From: Octopus vulgaris
Lineage: Eukaryota
NCBI GenBank assembly: GCA_951406725.2
Contig: OX597816.1
Coordinates: forward strand, 7,316,001 to 7,380,000
Direction of reading: 5' to 3'
DNA: 64,000 bases
Under the pieces are notes generated by a model. It did not search any database. It was not told the origin of the DNA and worked only from the letters and a program-made list of their open reading frames with translations. Made by a program: the position numbers and the translations under genes. This document shows positions 1 through 15,639 of this stretch, one piece after another (position 1 is the stretch's first letter; each line of letters starts with the position of its first letter).

Positions 1-21
1 TGTGTGTGCGTGTGCGTGCAT

Positions 22-140
22 GTAGCTTAGTGTTTAGGGTGTTCGGTAGATGATCGTAAAGTCATGTGTTCCATTCCCGATCCGGGTGACACGTTCTGTC
101 CTGGAGCAAAGCGCTTAACTTCACTCAGCTGAAAATGAGT
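22..140 (+). mobile_element. Degenerate tRNA-derived SINE 5' part
   Basis: A-box-like TAGCTTAGTGTTTAG and B-box-like GTTCCATTCC, followed by TGTCCTGGAGCAAAGCGCTTAACTTCAC; resembles the head of the SINE at 19255-19552. Confidence 0.55.
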
Positions 141-558
141 AACTGCAGTAGCAGCAGCAGCAGCAGCAGCAGCCGTCCAAGAATTTGGACCTGGAGATCT
201 CCATTTCCCGCGACTTCGAGGACCACCTCCCAGTGGTGTCGGGCGTCAACGAAGAACCTTCGACTACAACAAGACGACCAAAGTTTTTTTTTTTCCCCAA
301 GGTCTGGGGTCTCCTGCTCCTAAGCCCTAGACCATCACCTAATCACCCTTACCCGTCTTGTTGCTTAACAGCAGCAGCAGCAACAACAACAACAACAACA
401 ACAACAACAAACACAGAAGCAGCAACAGTTGCTCTTCCGGGGGTTTGACCATGCTTCCGACTGGTGACCTATTCAGAGAAGAACCTTCTATACTCTGTTG
501 CAAAATGCTTTAGAAATTGCGATTAATTCTGGCTTAACGAAACTGTCGACTCAAGACA

Positions 559-603
<45 letters not shown>

Positions 604-672
604 ACACACACACTCATATATACATACACATATGTAAACACACACACTCACATATATATATATATACATGAA

Positions 673-895
673 GGCGGCGAGCTGGCAGAATCGTTAGCAC
701 GCCGGGCGAAATGCGTTGCCGTATTTCGTCTGCCGTTACGTTCCGAGTTCAAATTCCGCCGAGGTCAACTTTGCCTTCCGGGGTCGATAAATTAAGTACC
801 AGTTACGCACTGGGGGCGATGTAATCGACTTAATCCGTTTGTCTGTCCTTGTTTGTCTCCTCTGTGTTTAGCCCCTTGTGGGTAGTAAAGAAATA
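673..895 (+). mobile_element. tRNA-derived SINE, family M (Meta-domain-like core)
   Basis: Head GGCGGCGAGCTGGCAGAATCGTTAG, B-box GAGTTCAAATTCC, core GGTCAACTTTGCCTT..GGGGTCGATAAATTAAGTACCAG; about 10 copies in the window. Confidence 0.85.
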
Positions 896-1236
896 TATAT
901 ATATATATATACATACACACACACATATATACATTCATGTATATGTATGGGTATATACACGTTATACGCACACGCACGCACGCATGCTCCACGCTCCCGT
1001 TCTCTCGCGCCACATGCACACAGCGATATTGTTGTTCTCCATAAAGAACTTTTGTTACATTGAGTCCTGTTTATCATTAATTTCACTGATGGAAGTGAAC
1101 TTTAATTCATTATATCCCTCCAATTAATCGCTCAATTTCTATGGCTTAATTATTCAATCATGATAAACTAAGTTTCCAAATTAACATTTAATGTTGTTAC
1201 TCTAAGAGAACGAAAAACATACAATACACACTCACG

Positions 1237-1700
<464 letters not shown>

Positions 1701-2764
1701 TATGCATATTTATTTAATGTTCGTGAACGTCTCTGACATTCGTAGCTTAATGCGAAAAATAAGCAAATCTTGATGGCGATGTATGATGAAATGGCTTAGT
1801 GTGTCGTGTTTGTTATTCAATGACTTTCTCGTTTGCTTTTCTTGTCGTATCTTCACAAGTTTATCTCTTGCTCATTCACAAAAATTATGAATAATTTCTA
1901 AGTAGCCGTCTTTATTAATGGTTTCCGACAATTATATATTTGCCATAAGTAACGGAATACATCCCGCTCTGCATAAAGGACTAGTCACATAGAACTAGCA
2001 ATATTACACAGGCGCAGAATGGAGTGAAACGAGAGGACAAGAGACGGATTGTTCCATCGTCGAATCGGCACCTGCAATGGCTATCAGTCATACACCGAAG
2101 ATATACAAACATGTCACAACAAATTATATCTTTACGTAAATTCGTTAATTTGTGAATAATAAACAGTTAATGAAGGTCTGCGTAGCATATCTGACAAGTG
2201 GGGTTTCAGGCTGCTCAAATAAAAAAAAGCATAACGGGCGAATGAAGAAAAGAAAGCATGCTATTGACTATAAGATCTGTTTGTCGGTCTGCAGATCACT
2301 GTACAAGGGAGGGGGATTCATTACGATTTATATGCAAGTGTGAGCGTGCGTGTGCGTGCGTATGATTGTGCGAACGTGTTTGTTCAGGAATCTCAAATGG
2401 AGAATCTCTGTAATGTTTTAAAATTTTTCACTGATTAGATCGAGAAGAACTCATGATATTTAAGGATCAACGTACCAAATATTCAAAGCATGGGTCTAAC
2501 TATTAAGGCACCAAAAATGTAACCTGCATGGTGTAATTAAATCATAGATTATGTAGGCAGTGAAAGCATTATTTATGCAAATCGGACAAAACAATTTAAC
2601 GGAGTTATGATATTGCTATAAGCTGTACTTTGTAAATTTTAGACAAAGGTGTGATATGAGAAAATATCCCAACTAGGATCGAACAGATATGGTTTTTTTC
2701 TGTCTACGGAGAGATTAAAAATACTTGGGTTAAGATTTGTATTATTGTATTTAATAACACGTTG

Positions 2765-2975
2765 TAGTATGTTTAGCGGCACAGTCGTCTTTTCGTTCTG
2801 AGTTCGAATGTCGCCGGGGTCGACTTTGCCTTTCATCCTTTCGGGGTCGATAGAATAAGTAGCAGTTGAACACTGGGCTCGATGATAACGACTTACTCCC
2901 TCTCTGAAACTGCAGGTAAAGTCGACGCGGCTGAATTCGAAAATGCCGCTAACGGTTCTGCCAGCTCGCTGCCGT
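2765..2975. mobile_element. Family M SINE fragments (+ copy followed by - fragment)
   Basis: GAGTTCGAATGTCGCCGGGGTCGACTTTGCCTTTCATCCTTTCGGGGTCGATA, then reverse-complement head CTGCCAGCTCGCTGCC. Confidence 0.7.
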
Positions 2976-3315
2976 TAGATGACACAAATATATTTAAAAA
3001 AAAACTCTCCAAAACTACCGATTCTGACTTCCGACTGTTTAAACTAATTCCATCATCTATTTTAGAACAGAAGACTGTTCCAAAATAGTAAAAAAAAAAA
3101 AGAAAAAGAAAAAAGAAATCCCTAAACTTATCTTTAATGTAAATAGGCTGTCGTTGTGTTGCTATAATTATAAAATAAAGAAGCTGTCCTCATATTTAAA
3201 TGTCTTAAACGATTTAAGAAAAGGTTATGTTCGTGAAAATTCGGTGAATTCCATTTAAAGGTTGGAGGGGTAATGAGATACAACTTTGGAAGATTACGTC
3301 CGCCCGGAGAAGATT

Positions 3316-3741
3316 CTCTTTTACTCTTTTACTCTTTTACTTGTTTCAGTCATTTGACTGCGGCCATGCTGGAGCACCGCCTTTAGTCGAGCAAATCGAC
3401 CCCGAGACTTATTCTTTGTAAGCCCAGTACTTATTCTATCGGTCTCTTTTGCTGAACCGCTAAGTGACGGGGACATAAACACACCAGCATCGGTTGTCAA
3501 GCAATGCTAGGGGGACAACACAGACACACAGACACACACACACACACACACATATACATATAAATATACATATATATACGACAGGCTTCTTTCAGTTTCC
3601 GTCTACCAAATCCACTCACAAGGCATTGGTCGGCCCGGGGCTATAGCAGAAGACACTTGCCCAAGATGCCACGCAGTGGGACTGAACCCGGAACCATGTG
3701 GTTGGTTAGCAAGCTACTTACCACACAGCCATTCCTACGCC
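3316..3741 (-). mobile_element. tRNA-derived SINE, family C (CORE-like, internal microsatellite, GAGTAAAA tail)
   Basis: Minus-strand head GGCGTAGGAATGGCTGTGTGG, B-box GGTTCAGTCCC, TTGGGCAAGTGTCTT, internal (TA)(TG) tract and (GAGTAAAA)n tail; more than 15 copies in the window. Confidence 0.9.
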
Positions 3742-3780
3742 TATGCCATGTTTTTTTAAAGTTTAATCTAATCAGAATCA

Positions 3781-3990
3781 GGCGGTGAATTAGAGAAACA
3801 GAAATGTGCCGGACAAACCGTCGTGTAATAGTTATGTCCCTTTATGGTTTGAGGTCAAATCCCATGGGAAGGATCTTCACTTTACGTCTTTCTGGAGTGG
3901 GGGGAGGGGCGATAAGAATATGTAAAAATCTTGGATTGATTTAATCAACCGCACGGCGCCAAATTGTGGGACTTGGTGCCTTTGTTAAGA
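3781..3990 (+). mobile_element. Highly diverged family M SINE
   Basis: GGCGGTGAATTAG..., GAGGTCAAATCCC and a 3' part AAATTGTGGGACTTGGTGCC resembling other family M copies. Confidence 0.45.
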
Positions 3991-4114
3991 TTTTCGGTTT
4001 GTCAGAGGAGCAGCGGAGGCGTCGGTCTTTTTGGAAGACTTTGGCCGACGAGTGAAATAGATGCGGTTGATGTTCAGAGTTAACTTGTGTAGGTCGGTGC
4101 CTGTAGGAAAAACG

Positions 4115-4181
<67 letters not shown>

Positions 4182-4449
4182 GGTTGGCAGTGATTGTGTA
4201 AAGTGGTTAGTGTGGAGAATAGAAAATGAGACACAGGAGAGATGAGAGAGAGATAGTGAGAGAAAGAAAAAAAGAGAGAGAGGGAGAGGGAAGGAGAGGA
4301 GAGAGACGAGTTCATAAGGTGGAGTAGGGTGCAGGTGATCTAGATTGCGCGTTCATGGAATGGAGACTATTACGGCTGTACTGCAACAGCCATATACAGG
4401 TAAGAGTATATCCCGGTGAGTCAGAAGTACCTGCGAAAGATATGTTGCG

Positions 4450-5102
4450 TAACTAAGAGAGTAAAAGCCTACAGAATTGGTCCCTAGAGCAGTGGAAGCA
4501 TGTTATTTTCTCGGACGAGTCATCCTTTACCTTATTTCCGACCACCGACCTAGTATACGTGTGGAGACAGCCAAAAGAAGCATTTGATTCAGTCTGCCTT
4601 CTTCCAACTGTTAAACATGGAGAAGGATCTGTGATGATCTGGCGGGTGGGCTTTAGTCAAGACTAAGCATTTTATCTGATCAAATTCATCCTACGGTTGC
4701 GGAACTGTTTCTGGAAGGAAGCGCAATCTTTCAGGATGATAATGTACCAATTCACACAGCTAAAGTTGTTACTGAATGGCACGAGGAACATTCTAGTGAA
4801 GTGAAGTTGAATATCTTATCTGGCCACCACAGTCCCCAAATCTCAATATTATTGAACATTTATGGCGCATTTTAGAAAAACAAGTAAGGAGTCAATATCC
4901 TCCACCATCAACACTACAAGAACTGGAGTCTGTTTAAGTTGAAGAATGGACAAAAATTCCTTTAGAAACAATTCAAACTCTGTACAAGTCCATAACTTGT
5001 AGAATTCAAGCTGTAATTACTGCCAAAGGCGGTCCTATCCCATTTTAAAATAAATCTGTTGGAAATTTTAAGGTGTTTCCATTATTTTGTCCAACCCCTG
5101 TA
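4450..5102 (+). mobile_element. Tc1-family DNA transposon relic (DD34E-type transposase pseudogene plus right TIR)
   Basis: Manual translation gives WKHVIFSDES, TVKHGEGSVMIW, IFQDDNVPIHTAK, WPPQSPNLNIIEHLW and RIQAVITAKGG with stops and frameshifts; ends in ...TTGTCCAACCCCTG|TA. Confidence 0.9.
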
Positions 5103-5888
5103 TAAGGATAAGAGTCTGCGTCCGAATAAAGTTTGATAATAATCGACATAATATTTAGTTACTCATTCCATTGTAGAAGAATACTGGGTCATGCTCAACG
5201 AAGAGATACCATTTATTGGCTGGAAGTACCTGGATACAGAAGTATTCACAATTGTAACAGCTTACAATGTAATTGGTCGACCAGTTCCCAAATATCCAAG
5301 ACACGCACACACACATACGCACACATAAAATTACTGAACGTAAAACTGCGCTTATTTCATCTGGTTTCATTATATCTCGTTAAGTGATACAGCGGAAGTG
5401 ACTCCTGTCGCCAGTTATCTTCAAACTTCAGGCCACAAACAAAGTATAAAGACAATTTTTATTCACGAAACTCAACGGAAAATATGCAATTTATAAATTT
5501 ATCAACAATAGAAAACTAAGAGATGGCAATGAGTAAACTTTCTTGTTTGTTGTTTGGGGGCGTAATGTGCGGTTCCAGTATTGAGTACGACTGGGTGGTC
5601 ATGCGTCATTACTCAGGATCAACAACGAAGAAGAATGCCAACCACGGGAAACAAGTTGTATACTGAGATTATTATGTCGCTGTTTTTGGTTCATGTTAAA
5701 TGACCACCACCGTCGAATTAATCCAGATGTCACCATCATATGTCCAGATAGCAATGACATGTCCGTTAATCTAACTAATCTAAATCTACTGGGTTTATGG
5801 ATTAACCTCGAGAAAGTAGAAGAAAGATTTCAACTGAAATTGCAATGCTGAACTTCAGTTATGACAACAACAACAACAACAACAACAA

Positions 5889-5924
<36 letters not shown>

Positions 5925-5957
5925 CGACCATAATACCAACGACAACAACAACAATAA

Positions 5958-6170
5958 TGGTTTCAAATTTTGGCACACAGCCAGCAAGTTCGGGGAATAG
6001 GACTAGTTGATTACATCGACCCCAGAACATAACTGGTACTTGTTTTATTGTCCCCGAAAGGATGAAAGGCAAAGTCGACCTCGGCGGAATTTGAACTCAG
6101 AACGTAAAGACAGACGAAACGCTGCTAAGCATTTTGCCCGGTGTGCTAACGATTCGGCCAGATCACTGCC
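5958..6170 (-). mobile_element. Family M SINE
   Basis: GAAAGGATGAAAGGCAAAGTCGACCTCGGCGGAATTTGAACTCAG on the + strand. Confidence 0.85.
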
Positions 6171-6424
6171 TAAACAACAACAGCAACAAAGCCTGTCAAA
6201 TATTTTAGTTCTACGTTTCTATCTTTTACCGAGTACATTGTTTTACAATTCTCTTCCTCCAGTCCGATTATAAATATCACAAAAAATTGATAATTATCTT
6301 CTCAAATCGATTTTTGTTCAATAATCTATGATAGGTTTATAAAACTAAATTTTTAGTCTTTGTAAAAAAAAAAAAAACTAAAACAATAGAACACAACTGG
6401 AAAGTAAAAAAATTCTTTAATTCT

Positions 6425-6625
6425 TTCTTTTACTTGTTCCAGTCATTTGACTGCGGCCATGCTGGAGCACCGCCATTTTAGTTGAACAAATCGACCTCAG
6501 GACTTAATCTTTGTAAGCCTAGTACTTATTCTATCGGTCTCTTTTGCCGAACCGCTAAGTTACGGGGACGTAAACACACCAGCACTGGATGTCTAGCAAT
6601 GTTGGGGGACAAACACAGGCGCACA

Positions 6626-6684
<59 letters not shown>

Positions 6685-6716
6685 GGTACCACTATGTGGA
6701 CACCCATAAACTTAAA

Positions 6717-6782
<66 letters not shown>

Positions 6783-6952
6783 TATATACGACGGGCTTCT
6801 TTCAGTTTCCGTCTACCAAATCCACTCACAAGGCTTTGGTCGGCCCGAGGCTATAGTAGAAGACACTTGCTCAAGGTGCCACGCAGTGGGACTGAACCCG
6901 GAACCATGTGGTTCGTAGGCAAGCTACTTACCACACAGCCACTCCTATGCCT
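6425..6952 (-). mobile_element. Family C SINE with a ~40 bp foreign insert in its internal (TA)n
   Basis: Near-complete match to the copy at 3316; the insert at 6681-6720 splits the TA tract. Confidence 0.9.
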
Positions 6953-7084
6953 ACATAGGAGTTCAAGTTATATTTTTATTCACGTGATCACGTGGTCGAC
7001 CAGACCATCAGATGTCATTATACATTATTGGTCACAAAGTGCATTGGAAAATTCCTGAGAAAATGGTGCCACCCCGCTGGTTAG

Positions 7085-7282
7085 GGGAGCAGGCCGCCCC
7101 TACCCCTAATCGGAGGGCTCGTCCATCGCAGAGTGACCCATTCACAGTTAAGTGGAACGGAGCAATGTGAATATGAAGTGTTTTGCTCGAGAGCACAACG
7201 TGCCGTCCGGTCTGGGAATCGAACCCACGACCTCATGATCGTAAGTGCAACATGCCCACGCCACTAGGGCACGTGCTTTCAC
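7085..7282 (-). mobile_element. tRNA-derived SINE (V-domain-like)
   Basis: Minus strand: GTGCCCTAGTGG...GGTTCGATTCCC...GAGCAAAACACTT...CTCTGCGATGGAC. Confidence 0.6.
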
Positions 7283-8090
7283 ATATTTATGCTACATTGG
7301 TTTCAAATTTTGGTTTAAGGCCAGACACATTTATATTACATTGAAAGAAGCATTTCTGTAAAGACGTTTAAAGCTTTACAATACGCAAAGAGAATGTTTT
7401 AGTTAATAGTGTTATGTAACAGAATAAAGTTTAAATAGTTTAAACAGAATAAAGCAGGCTGTTATATAGAAAGATATTGGCCTGTACATAGATAGGTGTG
7501 TTTAATCCAAATAAGAAGAAAGAGTTTAGCGGCTTTAATTACCAGGTGCAATTGTTTCGGTACCACTCCTTACTAAACGCCACAGTACGTAAATGTTTCC
7601 TGTGAAAAGTTACGTTGTATTTGCGGGTTTCTGCGCTGAAGTGACACGTCATCAGACTTGCACAAAAAAGTCAGCTCTTACATTGTGAGATTGTCAAGCG
7701 TTGTATGTTGTTTATAAAAGGAACAAACGATAAGTATAAAAATTATGAAAAAGCAAGACCTGGACGATAGAAATGCTAAATAAGATAAAGGTGTGTGTGT
7801 ATATATGTATATATATATATATGTATATTGACAATACAGCATAAGATTGATTATCTTTATGAACATTGTACGCAGAGTATGTTATGTAAGAAGAATAGAA
7901 ATGAGGGCCTATCTCATGAAACAAAACGATAGAGTTCTTTTAGCGCGTAAAGTGGCTCTGCTGGAAGACGCAAAACTCCAACTTTTTATAACCCTGGTCA
8001 AAACTTCTAGAACCTTCGGAAAAAAGTTTGCCAGGAATTTTACAAAACTTTTCTTTAATGTCACCACCGTTAATTACTATCGATACTTAC

Positions 8091-8262
8091 TGGTTTCAAG
8101 TTTTGGTACTAGGCCACTGCTCAAATGGTACTTAATTTATCGATCTCGAAAGGATGATAGGCAAAGTCGACCTGGGCGGCATTTGAACTCAGAACGTAAT
8201 GTCGGAAGAAATGCAGCTAAGCATTTTGTCCGACGCGGTAACGACTCTGGCAGCTAACCGCT
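8091..8262 (-). mobile_element. Family M SINE (diverged)
   Basis: GAAAGGATGATAGGCAAAGTCGACC...ATTTGAACTCAGAACG. Confidence 0.75.
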
Positions 8263-9389
8263 TTACTACCGATACTTCTTGATCGATAAACATTTACGTA
8301 GGCGTTCGTGTCTTTTATGGTGGTGTAATTAAATTCAAAGAGCTGGTCAAGTGCTTTATGCCAATATAGTCTAGGCCGTGGTTCTCAACTAGAAATCTGA
8401 GAGAGATGGTTCGAATCTGGACAAAGCTTCTGTCAGCTTGACGCTGAATTATTCAACTCTCAACGATTGAATTTACCTCGCTGCAAATAAATAACGTGGC
8501 CGCTGTAGAGGGCTGTAGTTGTTGGTTGTTAAAGTCCTGCCAAAACTAGAATAATTCGTCGTATCTTTTATCGGTGCCGTATCTTGGGGATTTGTTGGGG
8601 ATTTGTTTAGCATCAATCAGTTTAGTCAAAAACCAATTGATGGTAGAACATTGAATAATCCTCACAGAAAGTTCCGTGAATCAGTTCTGATTCTCGACTG
8701 TCGGACACGAATCTTACACCATCTTAACTTGCTTCTTGAGAAATTTGTAGCCGAATCTTCATGAATGAAATCAGTAACAGAAACACGGGGGTGGGGTGTG
8801 AATGGAAGACAAACAAAACAACAAATAAAAATGTAAAAAGTTCGAGAAATGAAAAGGTGACGAAGTTGATATTTAATATTAGGAAAAAAAAAACAACAAC
8901 AAATGAAAAGGAAGTAAAACTTAAAATGAGGACTATAAAACAGACGAACAAGTTTATCACGTTGTTAATGTTTTTTGTTGTTGTTTTTTTTTGTTATTCT
9001 GAAAGTTTTTCTCAGGAATTTTCCAATATCAAACCAAGCAAACAGACCATTAGTTATAAACAAAGACACACGGACAGACGGCAACAGAACGCCCACTTCT
9101 TCGATACAAATGTTTTCACAAACATTTTACATTCAAACATCTTTTTTAGTCTTCACCTAATATCTTTGATTTTAGTTTCCTTAATTTACTTCGCGGCCTT
9201 TCTTCCTTCCTTCCTTCCTTTCTTCCTTCCTTCCATTCTTTCTTCCTTTCTTTCTTTTCTTCCTTCCTTCTTCCTTTCCTTCTTTATTTATTTTACACTC
9301 TTTATATCGCTGATAACCATATTTGTTCTACTGTTAACAGTTGTCACTGTTCTTCTTGTGCTAGCTAAACATACACTACTAAAGGACAG

Positions 9390-9468
<79 letters not shown>

Positions 9469-9471
<3 letters not shown>

Positions 9472-9654
9472 TAGTTTTATTTTTATAGCGTGCTTTCACT
9501 TCACTACCGAGCGCAGCTCTGTGTGCCTTGGGTATGTGCTGTGATTTGTTGTGATGCTCTGATGGTTATTGTATGGAAAGTGTTCTGCGTAGGATGTGTG
9601 CAGTGCCTAGTAGTGCAATTTTCTGTATGTTATATGTGTTTGTAAGTCCTGGTG

Positions 9655-9657
<3 letters not shown>
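9469..9657 (-). mobile_element. R4/Dong-like LINE family A, 5'-truncated 3' end in a (TAA)n array
   Basis: Encodes ...NIQKIALLGTAHILRRTLSIQ* plus a 3' UTR nearly identical to 33546-33740 and 50640-50819; TAA arrays on both sides. Confidence 0.9.
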
Positions 9658-9744
<87 letters not shown>

Positions 9745-9746
9745 CA

Positions 9747-10058
9747 GGCGTAGGAGTGGCTGTGTGGTAAGTAGCTTACTTACTAACCACATGGTTCCGG
9801 GTTCAGTCCCACTGCGTGGCACCTTGGGCAAGTGTCTTCTGCTATAGCCTCGGGCCGACCAAAGACTTGTGAGTGGATTTGGTAGACGGAAACTGAAAGA
9901 AGCCCGTCGTATATATGTATATATATGTGTGTGTGTGTGTGTGTTTGTCCCCCCAACATTGTTTGACAACCGATGCTGGTGTGTTTACGTCCCTGTAACT
10001 TAGCGGTTCGGCAAAAGAGACCGATAGAATAAGTACTAGGCTTACAAAGAATAAGTCC
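9747..10058 (+). mobile_element. Family C SINE, 3'-truncated
   Basis: Head GGCGTAGGAGTGGCTGTGTGG; stops at AAGAATAAGTCC. Confidence 0.9.
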
Positions 10059-10482
10059 GAGGGCACCTATGACAACAGGTATCGTTTTAGTCTTCAGCTT
10101 CCACATTTTGCTGATTTCTATTTCAAGATCTTTATATTTGCTCAGTTTTTGGTAGGTCTTGACAGATACGTTTATATCGATTGGGACAGTCATATCAATG
10201 AGGAGGCATGATTTTTGTCTGAAGTCCTTCAATATAATGTCCGGCCTATTCGTATCTATCTTTCTGTCTGTTTGAATGGTGAAGTCTCAGAGGAGTGAGA
10301 TGTGGTCATTTTGCAGCACTGGAGGTGGTTTGTGTTCCCACCAGTTTTTATCATGGGTCAGATCCAGGTTTTTGCAAATTACCCAGTGAATATATTGTGC
10401 AGCTCTATCATGCCTGTTGAGATACTCTGTAGGCACAAGAAGACTGCACTTGGAGGTAACATGATTAATGGTTTCATTTTCA
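10059..10482 (-). mobile_element. R4/Dong-like LINE family B fragment (RLE domain)
   Basis: ETINHV...YLNRHDR..QYIHW...NRPDII...LLIDMTVP...KLSKYKDL...IPVVIGALG. Confidence 0.9.
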
Positions 10483-10487
10483 TTTCA

Positions 10488-10553
<66 letters not shown>

Positions 10554-11105
10554 GAGTGAGAGAGCAGTGCATGCCATCAAAGTGACACGGGTAAAATATA
10601 CGAAGCCCAATATACCCAACATGACTACCCGTCTGATAAAGGTACACTAGGCACATGCATCACAACCATATGTGCGCGACATGGTGATCTCATATCAAGA
10701 TAAACAGCACATGACTTTGCAGGTGGGGCCCAGTTAGAATTCTCTTCAGGTCGAGTAACCCATCCCACTCGAAAGGTCCCTGAATAAGGGTTGTTTAAGG
10801 ATGTTGAACGAAACACCCATGTTTCCAGAGGTGAATTATTCAAACCCCAAAGAATCCCTCTCAACACATGGCTATGATACTCCCCCACTACTTCAGCTCG
10901 TGATCAGATATGCTCATATCGTCAGCCACTAAGGGACATGGTCAACTGGTTAAGGTCAAACAACTGACAAGCAAATCTGTGGTATTGAGCAGAATATTTA
11001 CTGTAGCCCATCTTTTATACCAAGACAAAACAATGTACATTATAACACTTCCAATCAGTTAAGATCAGGAGCCATGAGAGTCACTGCCTGGTACTGCATC
11101 AGGGC

Positions 11106-11108
<3 letters not shown>
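10554..11108 (-). mobile_element. ~555 bp non-coding TAA-embedded element, copy 1
   Basis: Highly similar over its length to 29144-29720 and, inverted, to 62949-63485; flanked by (TAA)n; no tRNA head or real ORF seen. Confidence 0.85.
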
Positions 11109-11160
<52 letters not shown>

Positions 11161-11269
11161 TAAAAAAGACCTCCAGTTGACCGAGACTTTAGAGCAGTGG
11201 TTCCCAACACTTTTATTTAAATAAGTTTTCATATGGACCCCTTTTAATATGCACATCCTTATGTATACA

Positions 11270-12500
<1,231 letters not shown>

Positions 12501-13364
12501 TGAAAAAATAAAACAAAAGAGAAATAAATAAAACACAACAACAGCAACAGCAACAACATAATCTTGTGTGTCCAGAATTTCCTCAGAACTAAAACCAACT
12601 TGTTTCAAGATGTTGGACGTGAAATAATAATGAATAAAAGAATGATTAAATAAATAACGAGATTGTAAAATAAACTAAGGAATTAATTGAGAAGTAATTT
12701 AGGGAGCCAAAAAAAGAAATAAAAACATTCCAGAGAATTTCAGCAAAAAAAAAAAAAAAAAAAAATAAAAATAATAAAAGCGTAGATAAGAAGAAGAAGA
12801 AGATGTGAAAAAAGGTTTAAGTTTCCTGTCCTGGGGAACCTATTAAGCTGGAAGTTTCAATTGCTTGCTTGTTTTCAGAATATCTTCTTATTTTGTCCTT
12901 ACATATACTCTTTCTTTCATTGATAACCAACACAACAGACGTCCTGTGTCTTAATTTGTCACTGGAGGTATGTTTGAGTGTGTGTGCGTGCGCGTCTTCG
13001 TTATTTGTTTTTGCGATCTACACGGTGAGACATAAAAAAATGGAAACACATGTGACATAACTTCAGCAACAAGTGTAAAATAAAGCTGTTGATGGCGATC
13101 CTATACTACGAATTGAATGTTTTCCCCCATTTTTTTTTTTTGTTGAAACTAGGACACAAAAACATTCACATCTCACTTCATTAATTTGTCTTTATATATA
13201 CAAATGCATATATACATACAGAAAAGTTTAGACTATAATGTAAAATGTACATATAAATGCACATTTATTCACAGGCAAATATATGAACTCAAGTCGAAAA
13301 CATACAAATTCACACACACACCCATACATAAGCGGCAATCCATTCCCTAACACATGTACATACA

Positions 13365-14656
13365 TACATATGTATGTACGTACGTACGTATGTATGTATG
13401 TATGTATGTATGTATGTATGTATGTATGTATGTATGTATGTATGTATGTATGTATGTATGTATGTATGTATGTATGTATGTATGTATGTATGTATGTATG
13501 TATGTATGTATGTATGTATGTATGTATGTATGTATGTATGTATGTATATATATAACTTTCTAGTTGGCGTCCTAATTTTGAAAAGAAGAACGTTAATACT
13601 GAGTTGGAAACCGGATTTTGACCAGTGAGAAATTTTAAAACTAAAATCTGTAAATATCTTCGTACATACATACATATTAAAAAAAGTATAAATATATACA
13701 TATATACATACTCACACGGACATACATACATACACATATACATACACATACATGCATGCATACACGCATACACATATATACACACAAATACATACATACA
13801 TACATACATACATACATACGTACATACATACATACATACATACATACATACATACATACATACATACATACATACATACATACATACATACATACTTGCA
13901 TACATATATGCATACATACATAAATACCATACATACATCTTTGTAGAAACCAGCTCCTTCCTCAGAGGAAGAATTTAAATTAAAAAAAGAGAACATACAT
14001 ACATACATACCTATATACATACATACATACATACATACACACATACATACATACATACATACATACATACATACATACATACATACATACATACATACAT
14101 ACATACATACATACCTATACATACATACATACATACATACCTACATACATACATACATACATACATACATACACACCTATATACATACATATATACATAC
14201 ATACGTACATACATATATACATACATACATACCATATATACATACCATACATACATACATACATATATACATACATACATACATATATACATACACACAT
14301 ACATATATATACATACATTCATACATACACATATAAATACAAACATACATACATACAAACATACATAAATACCATACATAGATACATATATACATACATA
14401 CGTACATACATATATACACACCTATATACATACATACCATACATACATGCATACATACATACATATACATACATACACACACACACATACATACACATAC
14501 ATACATATACATACATATACATACATATATACATATATACATACATACATACATACATACCATACATACATATATACATACATACATATATACATACATA
14601 CATACATATATACATACACACATACATATATATACATACATACATACACATATACA

Positions 14657-14688
<32 letters not shown>

Positions 14689-15608
14689 CATACATACATA
14701 CATACATACATACATACATACATACATACATACATACATACATACATACATACGTACATACATATATACACACCTATATACATACATACATACCATACAT
14801 ACATATCATACTTACATACATACACACACACATACATACATATATACACACCTATATACATGCATACATACCATACTTACATACATACATACATGCATTC
14901 AAACATACATACATACATACACACATACATACATATACATACCTATACATATACATACATATACATACCTATACATACATACATACATACATACATACAT
15001 ACATACATACATACATACACACACATACATACATACATACATACATACATACATACATACATACATACATACATACATACATACATACATACATACATAC
15101 ATACATACATACATACATACATACATACATACATACATACATACATACATACATACATACATACACACATAACTGCCTTCTTACACAGAAGCCTAACAAG
15201 TGGCTGTGAATTTCCCGAGGCCTCACTTCCTCCTCCAACTCAAACCAACTCTTTTTCTGTGTGTCGTGCGTTGTGAGGTTCGGTGGTTGTCTTCACCCAG
15301 AAGCAAATTAACTTGGAAATCCATTCGCAGAACATCAAATATATCAACTTTATTTACACAACTAGACAAACCTCCACCTCACTCCCACCTCTCGCTCTAT
15401 ATCTATGTGTATGGTATGTGTGTGTGTATGTATGTATGTATGTATGTATGTATGTATGTATGCATGTATGTATGTATGTATGTATGTGTGTATGTATGTA
15501 TGTATGTATGTATGTATGTCGGTATGTATGTATGTGTGTGTGTATGTATGTATGTATGTATGTATGTATGTATGTATGTATGTATGTATGTATGTATGTA
15601 TGTATGTA

Positions 15609-15639
<31 letters not shown>

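Noticed and set aside
4395-4410. TACAGG as the left end of the Tc1 element
   Set aside because: Only 4 bases match the expected TIR (CAGGGGTTGGAC...), so the left end cannot be supported.
7620-7662. CTGATGA...GAAA on the minus strand
   Set aside because: Stem II is weak, with no cleavage triplet or stem I closure; likely chance.
8761-9474. 237 aa ORF with hydrophobic, membrane-protein-like stretches
   Set aside because: The hydrophobicity comes from (CTTT/CCTT)n and (ATT)n repeats; no recognisable domain.
9783-10232. 149 aa ORF looking like an endonuclease fusion
   Set aside because: It is a chimera from a junction between a LINE fragment and an antisense SINE at 10058/10059.
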